A stretch of DNA of 64,000 nucleotides from NCBI RefSeq assembly GCF_044704955.1, contig NC_091987.1, forward strand, positions 68,696,001 through 68,760,000, written 5' to 3'. Source of the DNA: Pristiophorus japonicus (taxonomy: Eukaryota). Under the pieces are notes generated by a model. It made no database searches. It was not told the DNA's origin and saw only the letters and a list, made by a program, of their open reading frames with translations. Of this stretch, positions 33,095 through 45,049 are shown piece by piece. Within the stretch, counting starts at the first letter, position 1; every line of letters starts with the position of its first letter. Position numbers and translations under genes: made by a program.

Positions 33095-36001
33095 ATGAGG
33101 AAAAGTGGAGGGCAGAGAAACCCAAGGCAAAGAACAAAAAGGGCCACTGTACAGCAAAATTCTAAAAGGACAAAGGGTGTTAATAAAACAAGCCTGAAGG
33201 CTTTGTGTCTTAATGCAAGGAGTATCCGCAATAAGGTGGATGAATTAATTGTTCAAATAGATGTTAACAAATATGATGTGATTGGGATTACGGAGACGTG
33301 GCTCCAGGATGATCAGGGCTGGGAACTCAACATTCAGGGGTATTCAACATTCAGGAAGGATAGAATAAAAGGAAAAGGAGGTGGGGTAGCATTGCTGGTT
33401 AAAGAGGAGATTAATGCAATAGTTAGGAAAGACATTAGCTTGGATGATGTGGAATCTATATGGGTAGAGCTGCAGAACACCAAAGGGCAAAAAACGTTAG
33501 TAGGAGTTGTGTACAGACCTCCAAACAGTAATAGGGATGTTGGGGAGGGCATCAAACAGGAAATTAGGGGTGCATGCAATAAAGGTGTAGCAGTTATAAT
33601 GGGTGACTTTAATATGCACATAGATTGGGCTAGCCAAACTGGAAGCAATACGGTGGAGGAGGATTTCCTGGAGTGCATAAGGGATGGTTTTCTAGACCAA
33701 TATGTTGAGGAACCAACTAGGGGGGAGGCCATCTTAGACTGGGTGTTGTGTAATGAGAGAGGATTAATTAGCAATCTCATTGTGCGAGGCCCCTTGGGGA
33801 AGAGTGACCATAATATGGTGGAATTCTGCATTAGGATGGAGAATGAAACAGTAATTTCAAAGACCATGGTCCAGAACTTAAAGAAGGGTAACTTTGAAGG
33901 TATGAGGCGTGAATTGGCTAGGATAGATTGGCGAATGATACTTAGGGGGTTGACTGTGGATGGGCAATGGCAGACATTTAGAGACCGCATGGATGAATTA
34001 CAACAATTGTACATTCCTGTCTGGCGTAAAAATAAAAAAGGGAAGGTGGCTCAACCGTGGCTATCAAGGGAAATCAGGGATAGTATTAAAGCCAAGGAAG
34101 TGGCATACAAATTGGCCAGAAATAGCAGCGAACCTGGGGACTGGGAGAAATTTAGAACTCAGCAGAGGAGGACAAAGGGTTTGATTAGGGCAGGGAAAAT
34201 GGAGTACGAGAAGAAGCTTGCAGGGAACATTAAGGCGGATTGCAAAAGTTTCTATAGGTATGTAAAGAGAAAAAGGTTGGTGAAGACAAACGTAGGTCCC
34301 CTGCAGTCAGAATCAGGGGAAGTCATAACGGGGAACAAAGAAATGACAGACCAATTGAACAAGTACTTTGGTTCTGTATTCACTAAGGAGGATACAAACA
34401 ACCTTCCGGATATAAAAGGGGTCAGAGGGTCTAGTAAGGAGGGGGAACTGAGGGAAATCTTTATTAGTCGGGAAATTGTGTTGGGGAAATTGATGGGATT
34501 GAAGGCCGATAAATCCCCAGGGCCTGATGGACTGCATCCTAGAGTACTTAAGGAGGTGGCCTTGGAAATAGCGGATGCATTGACAGTCATTTTCCAACAT
34601 TCCATTGACTCTGGATCAGTTCCTATGGAGTGGAGGGTAGCCAATGTAACCCCACTTTTTAAAAAAGGAGGGAGAGAGAAAACAGGGAATTATAGACCGG
34701 TCAGCCTGACCTCAGTAGTGGGTAAAATGATGGAATCAATTATTAAGGATATCATAGCAGTGCATCTGGAAAATGGTGACATGATAGGTCCAAGTCAGCA
34801 TGGATTTGTGAAAGGGAAATCATGCTTGACAAATCTTCTGGAATTTTTTGAGGATGTTTCCAGTAAAGTGGACAAAGGAGAACCAGTTGATGTGGTATAT
34901 TTGGACTTTCAGAAGGCTTTCGACAAGGTCCCACACAAGAGATTAATGTGCAAAGTTAAAGCACATGGGATTGGGGGTAGTGTGCTGACGTGGATTGAGA
35001 ACTGGTTGTCAGACAGGAAGCAAAGAGTAGGAGTAAACGGGTACTTTTCAGAATGGCAGGCAGTGACTAGTGGAGTGCCGCAAGGTTCTGTGCTGGGGCC
35101 CCAGCTGTTTACATTGTACATTAATGATTTAGACGAGGGGATTAAATGCAATATCTCCAAATTTGCGGATGATACTAAGTTGGGTGGCAATGTGAGCTGC
35201 GAGGAGGATGCTATTAGGCTGCAGAGTGACTTGGATAGGTTAGGTGAGTGGGCAAATGCATGGCAGATGAAGTATAATGTGGATAAATGTGAGGTTATCC
35301 ACTTTGGTGGTAAAAACAGAGAGACAGACTATTATCTGAATGGTGACAGATTAGGAAAAGGGAAGGTGCAACGAGACCTGGGTGTCATGGTACATCAGTC
35401 ATTGAAGGTTAGCATGCAGGTACAGCAGGCGGTTAAGAAAGCAAATGGCATGTTGGCCTTCATAGCGAGGGGATTTGAATACAGGGGCAGGGAGGTGTTG
35501 CTACAGTTGTACAGGGCCTTGGTGAGGCCACACCTGGAGTATTGTGTACAGTTTTGGTCTCCTAACTTGAGGAAGGACATTCTTGCTATTGAGGGAGTGC
35601 AGCGAAGGTTCACCAGACTGATTCCCGGGATGGCGGGACTGACCTATCAAGAAAGATTGGATCAACTGGGCTTGTATTCACTGGAGTTCAGAAGAATGAG
35701 AGGGGACCTCATAGAAACGTTTAAAATTCTGACGGGTTTAGACAGGTTAGATGCAGAAAGAATGTTCCCAATGTTGGGGAAGTCCAGAACCAGGGGTCAC
35801 AGTCTGAGGATAAGGGGTAAGCCATTTAGGACCGAGATGAGGAGAAACTTCTTCACCCAGAGAGTGGTGAACCTGTGGAATTCTCTACCACAGAAAGTAG
35901 TTGAGGCCAATTCACTAAATATATTCAAAAGGGAGTTAGATGAAGTCCTTACTACTCGGGGGATCAAGGGTTATGGCGAGAAAGCAGGAAGGGGGTACTG
36001 A
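33095..36001 (+). CDS. CR1 ORF2: AP-like endonuclease plus reverse transcriptase, intact
   Basis: NARS, ITETW, VYRPP, GDFN, LD, SDH endonuclease motifs; [34 protein letters not shown] motifs; no stops. Confidence 0.95.
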   Translation: MRKSGGQRNPRQRTKRATVQQNSKRTKGVNKTSLKALCLNARSIRNKVDELIVQIDVNKYDVIGITETWLQDDQGWELNIQGYSTFRKDRIKGKGGGVALLVKEEINAIVRKDISLDDVESIWVELQNTKGQKTLVGVVYRPPNSNRDVGEGIKQEIRGACNKGVAVIMGDFNMHIDWASQTGSNTVEEDFLECIRDGFLDQYVEEPTRGEAILDWVLCNERGLISNLIVRGPLGKSDHNMVEFCIRMENETVISKTMVQNLKKGNFEGMRRELARIDWRMILRGLTVDGQWQTFRDRMDELQQLYIPVWRKNKKGKVAQPWLSREIRDSIKAKEVAYKLARNSSEPGDWEKFRTQQRRTKGLIRAGKMEYEKKLAGNIKADCKSFYRYVKRKRLVKTNVGPLQSESGEVITGNKEMTDQLNKYFGSVFTKEDTNNLPDIKGVRGSSKEGELREIFISREIVLGKLMGLKADKSPGPDGLHPRVLKEVALEIADALTVIFQHSIDSGSVPMEWRVANVTPLFKKGGREKTGNYRPVSLTSVVGKMMESIIKDIIAVHLENGDMIGPSQHGFVKGKSCLTNLLEFFEDVSSKVDKGEPVDVVYLDFQKAFDKVPHKRLMCKVKAHGIGGSVLTWIENWLSDRKQRVGVNGYFSEWQAVTSGVPQGSVLGPQLFTLYINDLDEGIKCNISKFADDTKLGGNVSCEEDAIRLQSDLDRLGEWANAWQMKYNVDKCEVIHFGGKNRETDYYLNGDRLGKGKVQRDLGVMVHQSLKVSMQVQQAVKKANGMLAFIARGFEYRGREVLLQLYRALVRPHLEYCVQFWSPNLRKDILAIEGVQRRFTRLIPGMAGLTYQERLDQLGLYSLEFRRMRGDLIETFKILTGLDRLDAERMFPMLGKSRTRGHSLRIRGKPFRTEMRRNFFTQRVVNLWNSLPQKVVEANSLNIFKRELDEVLTTRGIKGYGEKAGRGY

Positions 36002-37050
36002 AGTTTCATGTTCAGCCATGAACTCATTGAATGGCGGTGCAGGCTAGAAGGGCTGAATGGCCTGCTCCTGCACCTATTTTCTATGTTTCTATGTTTCTAT
36101 GGACTCAGCTCCACTTCCCTGTCCGCTCCCCATAACCCCTTATCCCCTTATCGTTTAAGAAACTGTCTATTTCTGTCTTAAATTTATTCAATGTCCCAGC
36201 TTCCACAGCTCTCTGAGGCAGCGAATTCCACAGATTTACAACCCTCATCTCAGTTTTAAATGGGTAGCCCCTTCTTCTAAGATTATGCAATCTAGTTCTA
36301 GTCTCCCCCATCAGTGGAAACATCCTCTCTGCATCCACCTTGTCAAGGCCCCTCATAATCTTATACGTTTCAATAAGATCACCTCTCATTCTTCTGAATT
36401 CCAATGAGTCAAGGCCCAATCTACTCAGACTTTCCTCATAAGTCAACCTCCTCATCCCCGGAATCAACTTAGTGAACCTTCTCTGAACTGCCTCCAAAGC
36501 AAGTATATCCTTTCGTAAATATGGAAACCAAAACTGCACACAGTATTCCAGGTGTGGCCTCACCAATACCTTATATAGCTGCAGTAAGACTTCCCTGCTT
36601 TTATACTCCATCCCCTTTGCAATAAAGGCCAAAATACCATTGGCCTTCCTGATCACTTGCTGTACCTGCATACTATGCTTTTGTGTTTAATGCACAAGTA
36701 CCTCCAGGTCCCGCTGTACTGTGGCACTTTGCAATCTTTCTCCATTTAAATAATAACTTGCTCTTTGATTTTTTTCTACCAATGTGCATGACCTCACACT
36801 TTCCAACATTATACTCCATCTGCCAAATTTTTGCCCACTCACTTAGCCTGTCTATGTCCTTTTGCAGATTTTTTGCGTCCTCCTCACACATTGCTTTTCC
36901 TTCCATCTTTGTAGCGTCAGCAAACTTGGCTACATTACACTCAATCCCTTCTTCCAAGTCGTTAATATAGATTGTAAATAGTTGGGGTCCCAGCCCTGAT
37001 CCCTGCGGCACCCCACTAGTTACTGGTTGCCAACCAGAGAATGAACCATT

Positions 37051-37676
37051 TGCTCTACAATCACTCGCCACTCCTTCGCCCCGACCTCGCCGCTCCTTCG
37101 CCCCGACCTCGCCGCTCCTTCGCCCCGACCTCGCCGCTCCTGCTGTACCTGCCCACGCTGCAATCACCGACCTGGACCTTGATGACATCACTCTTCACTG
37201 CCGTTGCTCTCCTGCTCCAGCACGTGCTGCTCCCTGGAGTGGTATGCCTCCACACTGCTCCTTCCACTCCCCGGCCTGCTCCGACGGTGCTCGCAGGCCG
37301 GGGCCGCACAGACCGTGATCGGAGCCCAGGAGAGGTGTGAGTTCGGGGACCAGAAGAGGCGAGGGCCCAGGGGCAGCATGGGCCAGACCACACTGCAATA
37401 TGTGTGCACACTAGGTCCGTACAGCAGAGCTGGTCTCCAGTTGTCTTGGTTAACCCTTGCTACTAGACCAAGCAAGACCTAGCTCTGTTAAATCCGTGTG
37501 GTGGCTGGTGTGCAACAGTCACCACACGTTAAAAAAAAATCCGAGCACAGGCATCTTCCACCCTTCAAGATTTAGTTCGGATCTGGAATTTTAGGTCCAT
37601 CATTGATACACCTGTGAACTTTTTGATGTGGAAGCAAGTCATCCTCAATTTGAGGGACTGCCTATGATGATGATGA
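37051..37676 (+). mobile_element. Non-coding SINE-like element with an RTE-derived 3' tail
   Basis: Ends gtggaagcaagtcatcctcaatttgagggactgcctatgatgatgatg, nearly identical to the RTE end at 62430-62477. The GC-rich 5' part has three 22-nt repeats (ctccttcgccccgacctcgccg). Confidence 0.75.
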
Positions 37677-39329
37677 ACCTTTTAAACCGACTCATACTAA
37701 AATGTAAAGCAATATTAGATGTTATTCCCCAAGAGTTAATTCTGCTAAGGTGGGCTTACTTCCTTTGTGCTGCAACACAAATGAATTCTTCTGCATGTAA
37801 AGGCACCAGGAGTTACATTGATGCTGCAATTTGATTGTTGTGCTGGTGCCAGAGACAGCCATGACTCTGCAGCAGTACTGTGATATAAATGAGGCAGCTT
37901 TAATGCTTCCAGTGAAGAGGTTTTTTCCCTCTATATTGCTGACATTAAACACTCACAGACACCACTAACAGCGCGATGGATGCTATTTTTTTCTGGCTGC
38001 ACCTAATCTCTCATGAAGGCCATTAATGTGCTTTGTTTGCATTGCTCGCCTGGGGAAGGTGCATGACCAGAAAGTTGAAGGCCTGGGCCTGAAGTTTATG
38101 CTAGGTTGCACTTTTTTCCCCCGAGCAATTCGTCTGCAATCGGCCAAACCAGCGCAAACAATCAAATCAAATCAAAAGATTGCGGAATTTTAAGCTTAAA
38201 GTACATCCAGCAGCTTATCAAGTCTAGTTTAAAAAAACAAATGCTAGAAGCAGGCCCCAACCACAAAACTGGCCATGCCCCCAGGGTGAATGAATTGGGA
38301 GTATCCGTTCATTGTGGGCCTTCAAGGAGGCTCTTCAAATTAAGCTGGTTCTTTTGGGAGCAAGGGCACTGACTACTGTGCACCAATATAACTAGTACTT
38401 GATTTTGCATAGTTTTTAAAATTCATTTTCAGTCATTTAAAATCAGGTTACTCACAGGTGATGGGCTAGACCCTCTGATTAAAAATGCTTATTTTTTGTG
38501 ATCCATCCATGTTTAGCTACATTAATCAAACTGCGTTCTTGAATACATCACGGAATACCTTTTAAAGCAATTTAAAAAAATGAATTTCTAAACTGCTGCC
38601 CGATTGCGCTGGTTCAAGGCAGATTTATGGTCGGCGATATGCAAATGAATTTGAGGGGAAACGTGAGAAAAAAGAATCACTTCTCAACACTGGCTGCAAT
38701 TTGCATGTGTAGAGTATTCCTTTTACTACCGGTACTCTGTAATTGTGATGTACTCCAAAACATTAGCGGGATCGGCATATTGCAGAACCAATTGATGGTA
38801 TAAATGGGGAGGAAGGACTATCGGCGCTGACTGACTCAGTTACCTTTTATAAACGAGGTTGATAAAGTGACTGACTGACCATTTCCTGTAAGCTGCACTC
38901 AGTCGGAGACAGCTGTCTGGTGCTATTGTCTGTACAATTGCATGCACTGTAGTAACGAGCTTTCTTTGATGAGTAGATCGGTGTCTTGGCTGTCAATAGA
39001 AGCTGTCATACTGTACATAAAAAGATCACATTTCCCCACACAATCCTGCAAAATAAAAATTAAAAGTAAAAATTAAAAACTAATTTAACAATTGGTGTGT
39101 CAGCAGAACCTGCCAAACACTGCTTGAGGCGGGCTACATGCCACACAATATAACAGGTATCAAATGTTAGCTGTGCCGCATGCTTTTATTGTGTTTATGC
39201 AATCACTAACAGGTATCAATGCCAGAGTGCGCAGCGCTAACACTGCTGAGTGTTTTGCCAGCCCATTAACTCAAGCTCATCCTCCAACCTGTACTACTGT
39301 TGGCTTTTCTTCTTTTCTCTATGTTCTCC

Positions 39330-39960
39330 TCTTCTGTGTTCGATGTGGTGACTCGTGCCACAGTTCCAAAGGCAGCATTAACCCTCCGCTACCTTATTTA
39401 AGTGGCAATTCTGCACGATAGGGAATGTCAGTAGACTGCAGGTAGCATCACAACTAAGTTCAGTCTTATCCTTAGCCAGTGCCACACAAATGCACTTTCC
39501 AACAGTCGTCTTTGGCTGGAAATTGAGATGAAAATACCTTTTTAAAAAAAAAAAATCCCCTTCTCAACCTAGGGTCAATGAGGTTGCGCTTCCATATCTG
39601 AAGGTGTTACAATCAGCTAACAATTCACGGCAGAGTTAGAACCCGAGACCAAAAATCCCCTGGTGCCTTAGTGGATTTTCACTGAGAGCAACTGAGTCAT
39701 AGAGGCCAGGAGAGCTCTCGGTTTGATACTGAGTGGTGAGGTTAGCTGATCTCGGATGGGGCAGCAGCCAGGGTGCTGTGATTAGCCTCCGTGACCCTGA
39801 GCTATAGAGTGGAAGCCCGGAAACCGGATCACTGTCGAGTGACCCCTGCTGGAAGAACATATGGCTGAGGACAAGATCTCAGTCGCGATGCCTTTAAAGT
39901 TAAACAGCCTGTTGGTATTCATTGTCACGTGTCAACACATGAAGTATTGGAAAGCAGCCA
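39330..39960. mobile_element. Two degenerate LF-SINE-like copies in opposite orientation (about 39330-39630 -, 39690-39960 +)
   Basis: gttagctgatctcgg..ggggcagcag..attagcctc..gtgacccctgctggaa..gaggacaagatc..acagcctg..cattgtc matches the recalled LF-SINE core. The left copy shows the reverse-complement motifs. Confidence 0.6.
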
Positions 39961-40739
39961 GCAGCTTTATAACTTCCCAAGAGTCAAACAACTTCACGAG
40001 GGGAAAATAATAACTGAGAAGGACCTGAAGCTTTCTTTGTTTTGTGGCCCAGTGTAGTGCATTTATCCGCAGGGGCGTCAACTGCATGTCTCCGACAGTA
40101 ATAACACTCTTCTAGAATATTCAAAGCATTTGCACATCAATCACTGTAAACAGCCCTGTCAGACAGGCCTCATTTCTCTTGATTCCAGTCACTTTTTTTT
40201 CTATTTTTCAACTTAGTTTACCCGTGGAAGATCACTCCTCCACCACTACGATAAAATGTGGTGAAAGCATATTTAAATCAGCATTTCAGTATCTAGCTGG
40301 TGGAAAACAATTCTCCAAATAAATCTGCTTGGCACCACAAATTTCTTTTTTGCAGTTTGAGCCGTTACAGGGTGGAAGTGAAAGCTTGCACTCGGCAGTG
40401 AAAGTTGAGTAGCTGTGGCAGTGCAGCAGGGAAATCCAATCCTTGTGACTGGAATTCAATCCCAGGCTCGGTTTTAATTCGAACCCACCTGTTCTTCAAG
40501 GCAGAAGTCTAGATTCTCTAGTCAGCATTATTTTAATGCCAGCAGTGATCCATTTAAAATAAATAGGTAGTCAGTTCTGATGAAGGAAACACACTCAAAA
40601 CATTATCCTGTCTCTTTATAGATGCTGACTATATTGCCAACATTTTCTGTGTTTATTATAAATTAATCATTTTTTTTCTTTTTACTTCAAATAATTCCAA
40701 TCTGGGATACTTTCAACCTCATTGCCCTATCAAAAATAA

Positions 40740-40860
40740 GAAATAAGAGTATAAGAACATAAGAATTAAGAGCAGGAGTAGGCCATTCGGCCCGTCAAGT
40801 CTGCTCCACCATTCAGTGAGATCATGGCTGATCTTCTACCTCAACTCCACCTTCCTCCAA
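40740..40860 (-). mobile_element. CR1 3'-end stub (a similar stub lies at about 44035-44145)
   Basis: aagaacataagaa..gcaggagtaggccattcggccc..gatcatggctgatc. Confidence 0.8.
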
Positions 40861-41328
40861 ATTCTGACCATCTTTCTGTTTTCCTGTTGATTTTTAAAAA
40901 ACTGACTGAGCCTGATTATGCGAGAGAGTAGAATTAATATGGACAGTTGAACAGATTTGATTCCTAAAGCAGGGGTCCTCAACCGGGGTCGGGAGTCTGT
41001 GAGAAGGTTTTAAAGAGTCCGCCAAAAATAACCAGATTCGACACAATATCCTGCCCCTCACACACTCCGATTGTTTGGAGGACCCACTCCAACCCCTCTT
41101 CCTATTGGTCTGAAGCTCACATCAATTCCCCGGGCAATGTGAGCTGAGTGTGCACAGCTGGTGTTGGCTGGTGGAGACGCAGCAGGTAAGAGGTCTGGTG
41201 GGAACAGGTTAATAAACCCCGGGGGGACCAATTCCCGAGTTTGCCCCAACTGGAAATGCAGTGTAGTGCTAAAATCTGGGAGCAACAGCAAGTGCTGGGA
41301 ACTCTCAGGGAGTGTCTGTAATGATGGG

Positions 41329-43273
41329 AGAACTCAGCAGAGGAGGACGAAGGGTTTGATTAGGGCAGGGAAAATAGAGTACGAGAGGAAGCTTGCAGGG
41401 AACATTAAAATGGACTGCAAAAGCTTCTATAGATATGTAAAGAGAAAAAGGTTAGTAAAGACAAACATAGGTCCCTTGCAGTCAGAATCAGGGGAAGTCA
41501 TAACTGGGAACAAAGAAAGGGCAGACCAATTGAACAAGTACTTTGGTTCAGTATTCACTAAGGAGGACACAAACAACCTTCAGGATATAAAGGGGGTCAG
41601 AAGGTCTAGTAAGAAGGAGGAACTGAGGGAAATCCTTATTAGTCGGGAAATTATGTTGGGGAAATTAATGGGATTGAAGGCCGATAAATCCCCAGGGCCT
41701 GATGGTCTGCATCCCAGAGTACTTAAGGAGGTGGCTTTGGAAATAGCGGATGCATTGACAGTCATTTTCCAACATTCCATAGACTCTGGATCAGTCCCTA
41801 TGGAGTGGAGGGTAGCCAATGTAATCCCACTTTTTAAAAAAGGAGGGAGAGAGAAAACAGGGAATTATAGACCGCTCAGCCTGACATCGGTAGTGGGTAA
41901 AATGATGGAATCAATTATTAAGGATGTCATAGCAGCGCATTTGGAAAAAGATGACATGATAGGTCCAAGTCAGCATGGATTTGTGAAAGGGAAATCATGC
42001 TTGACAAACCTTCTGGAATTTTTTGAGGATGTTTCCAGTAGAGTGGACAAGGGAGAACCAATTGATGTGGTGTATTTGGACTTTCAGAAGGCTTTTGATA
42101 AGGTCCCACACAAGCGATTAATGTTCAAAGTTAAAGCACATGGGATTGGGGCTAGTGTGCTGACGTGGATTGAGAACTGGTTGTCAGACAGGAAGCAAAG
42201 AGTAGGAGTAAATGGGTACTTTTCAGAATGGCAGGCAGTGACTAGTGGGGCACCGCAAGGTTCTGTGCTGGGGCCCCAGCTGTTTACACTGTACATTAAT
42301 GATTTAGACGAGGGGATTAAATGTAGTGTCTCCAAATTTGCAGATGACACTAAGTTGGGTGGCAGTGTGAGCTGCGAGAAGGATGCTATGAGGCTGCAGA
42401 GTGACTTGGATAGGTTAGGTGAGTGGGCATATGCATGGCAGATGAAGTATAATGTGGATAAATGTGCGGTTATCCACTTTGGTGGTAAAAACAGAGAGAC
42501 AGACTATTATCTGAATGGTGACAGATTAGGAAAAGGGGAGGTGCAAAGAGACCTGGGTGTAATGGTACATCAGTCATTGAAGGTTGGCATGCAAGGTACA
42601 GCAGGCGGTTAAGAAAGCAAATGGCTTGTTGGCCTTCATAGCGAGGGGTTTGAGTACAGGGGCAGGGAGGTGTTACTACAGTTGTACAGGGCCTTGGTGA
42701 GGCTACACATGGAGTATTGTGTACAGTTTTGGTCTCCTACCTTGAGGAATGACGTTCTTACTGTTGAGGGAGTGCAGCGAAGGTTCACTAGACTGATTCC
42801 TGGGATGGCGGGACTGACATGTCAAGAAAGACTGGATCAACTGGGCTTGTATTCACTGGAGTTCAGACGAATGAGAGGGGATCTCAGAGAAATGTTTAAA
42901 ATTCTGACAGGTTTAGACAGGGTAGATGCAGGAAGAATGTTCCCAATGTTGGGGAAGTCCAGAACCAGGGGTCACAGCCTAAGGATAAGGGGTAAGCCAT
43001 TTAGGACCGAGATGAGGAGAAACTTCTTCACCCAGAGAGTGGTGAACCTGTGGCATCCTCTACCACAGAAAGTTGTTGAGGCCAATTCACTAAATATATT
43101 AAAGAAGGAGTTAGATGTAGTCCTTACTACTAGAGGGATCAAGGGCTATGGCGAGAAGGCAGGAATGGGGTACTGAAGTTGCATGTACAGCCATGAACTC
43201 ATTGAATGGCGGTGCAGGCTTGAAGGACCGAATGGCCTACTCTACCTATTTTCTATGTTTCTATGTTTCTATG
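41329..43273 (+). mobile_element. CR1 LINE, 5'-truncated, same subfamily as 32631-36101
   Basis: RT ORF nearly identical to the 33095 ORF2, with frameshifts near 42590-42650; (TTCTATGT)n tail. Confidence 0.94.
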
Positions 43274-43577
43274 TGACGGGTGTGGGAGTGTCTGTAAATG
43301 AAGGAGAAATTGTGACTGGTCAGGGAGCGTCTGTAACTGAAGGGAAATGGTGACAAGTCAGAGCCAGCTCCCCATACCTTTCAGCGCGCCTAGGATTAGG
43401 GTTGGGGATACCAAGGCTAACATCCTAACTATAACCCCCAATCCATAAATAACCCTGACCCATAACCATAAAATTCTAACCTGAAACACTAACATAATTC
43501 CAAATCCGTAACTGTATCATCCTAACCATAGTCCTAACGCCTATTACTAATCCCCTAAATTTATATGTTTAATTGTA

Positions 43578-43945
43578 TACATTTTCAAATCCCTCCATGG
43601 CCTCACCCCTCCCTATCTCTGTAAACTCCTCCAGCCCTACAACCCTCCAAGATATCTGTGCTCCTCTAATTCTGGTCTCTTGTGCATCGCTGAATTTACT
43701 CGCTCCACCATTGGCGGCCATGTCTTCAGCTGCCAAGGCCCTACAGTCTGGAACTCCCTCCCTTAACCTCACTGCCTCTCTACCTCTCTTTCCTCCTTTA
43801 AGATGCTCCTTAAAAACTACCTCTTTGACCAAGCTTGCTCTAAATATCTCCTTATGTGGCCCGGTGTCACATTTTGATAGTGCTTGCACCTTGGGGCATT
43901 TTGCTACGTTAAAGTCGCTATATAAATACAATTTGTTGTTGTTTT
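43578..43945 (+). mobile_element. L2 3' fragment
   Basis: Homologous to 2125-2500; ends ctatataaatacaatttgttgttg. Confidence 0.85.
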
Positions 43946-45049
43946 GTGTTACAGGTGTCGATGGAATTTATATAACACAGGAGTGGGGGGGCCTCAGAAG
44001 CAGAAAGGTTGAGAACTCCTGTCCTTAAAGCACCATAGATATAGGATTATAGGAACAGGAATAGACCATTTAGCCCCTCAAGTCTGTTCTGCTATTCCAT
44101 TAGATCTTGGCTGTTCTGTACCTCAACTCCATTTACCTGCCTTTGATCAATCAGGATGATTTTTTTCCAATTGGTGGGCGATAAGAGGTTACTTTGTGTG
44201 AAAAATAGTTATAGCAACTGCTACCTCTTCCTTGTTGAATATTTAAAAATGTATTTCCGATTTTGTCTCCTGAGTATGAGATGTTTTAATCACCTGAAGT
44301 GGTTGTTGGATATCACTGACAGACAGGGAAGGGCCATGTGGGCCAGCGGCAAAGCACTGCAGAGAAATAGTCAGAGTGTCTCCCCGTGGCCCCCATTGCA
44401 AATTCAAAACATACCTCCGGAGAGCCCATTACGGAGGTGACTGCAGCTATGTGAAAATCCAGAGCCTTCTATCCATGGATGCTAATTGACAGCTCTCATG
44501 CTGTTCTACCATGTCAGCAAAGCACTCCTGTCTTTTTCTTGTAATGATAGAAGTGACAAAACCAGTTTGTGTGCTGAAGCATTTGCTTCTGTTGGGTCAG
44601 CATGCAGCATTGTAGGGAGGAGGTGTATCGAAAAATTACAACCCATACAGTCCTGTCCTCCTGGCTGGAGACAGAAGTGTGGCACCAGAACATCACAGTA
44701 GCAGTAGGGACAGGGCACAGAGGAGGAGTGAAATTATGAATAAAAATAAACATCTCATTTTAATTGTCAGCCACGGCTCAGTGGTAACACTCTCATCTCT
44801 GAGTCAGAACGTTGTGGGTTCAAGCCTCACCTCAGAGACTTGAGCATATAATTTCAGCTGATAGTAATATAGTACTGAGGGAGTGCTGTGTTCTAGGAGG
44901 AACTGTCTCAGTTGAGATGTAAAAGATTTCATGGCACTATTCAAAGAAGAGCAGGGAGGCTCTCCAGATAATATACGCAAATATTTATCTCTCAATCTAT
45001 TCAGAAATCAGTTGTCACATTAAAATAGTGAGTACAACAAAAAAAAATT

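Larger units (their letters stand above)
32631..36101 (+). mobile_element. Young CR1 LINE, 5'-truncated within ORF1, intact ORF2
   Basis: ORF1 esterase C-terminus, uninterrupted 968-aa ORF2, 3'UTR and (TTCTATGT)3 tail. Confidence 0.96.
32583..37050 (-). mobile_element. CR1 (-) host split into 32583-32630 and 36102-37050
   Basis: 3'UTR gatctgatcatg|gactcagctccac is contiguous in the copy at about 30625-30647 but interrupted here. RT ORFs at 36105-37050. Confidence 0.88.
40970..44021. mobile_element. Non-autonomous hAT-type DNA transposon hosting CR1 and L2 insertions
   Basis: TIRs CAGGGGTCCTCAACC and GGTTGAGAACTCCTG (13/15); flanks TCCTAAAG and TCCTTAAAG approximate an 8-bp TSD. Confidence 0.72.

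Noticed and set aside
33334-35613. Long minus-strand ORFs overlapping CR1 ORF2 (also at 6451, 7802, 42084 and others)
   Set aside because: Antisense shadow frames that recur in every CR1 copy; no independent protein motifs.
41161-41328. Novel N-terminal extension on the 483-aa RT ORF
   Set aside because: Chance read-through from the flanking hAT-type sequence into a 5'-truncated CR1, with a non-ATG start.
44768-44830. tRNA gene
   Set aside because: A and B boxes run directly into a SINE body, with no acceptor stem or terminator. It is a SINE head.
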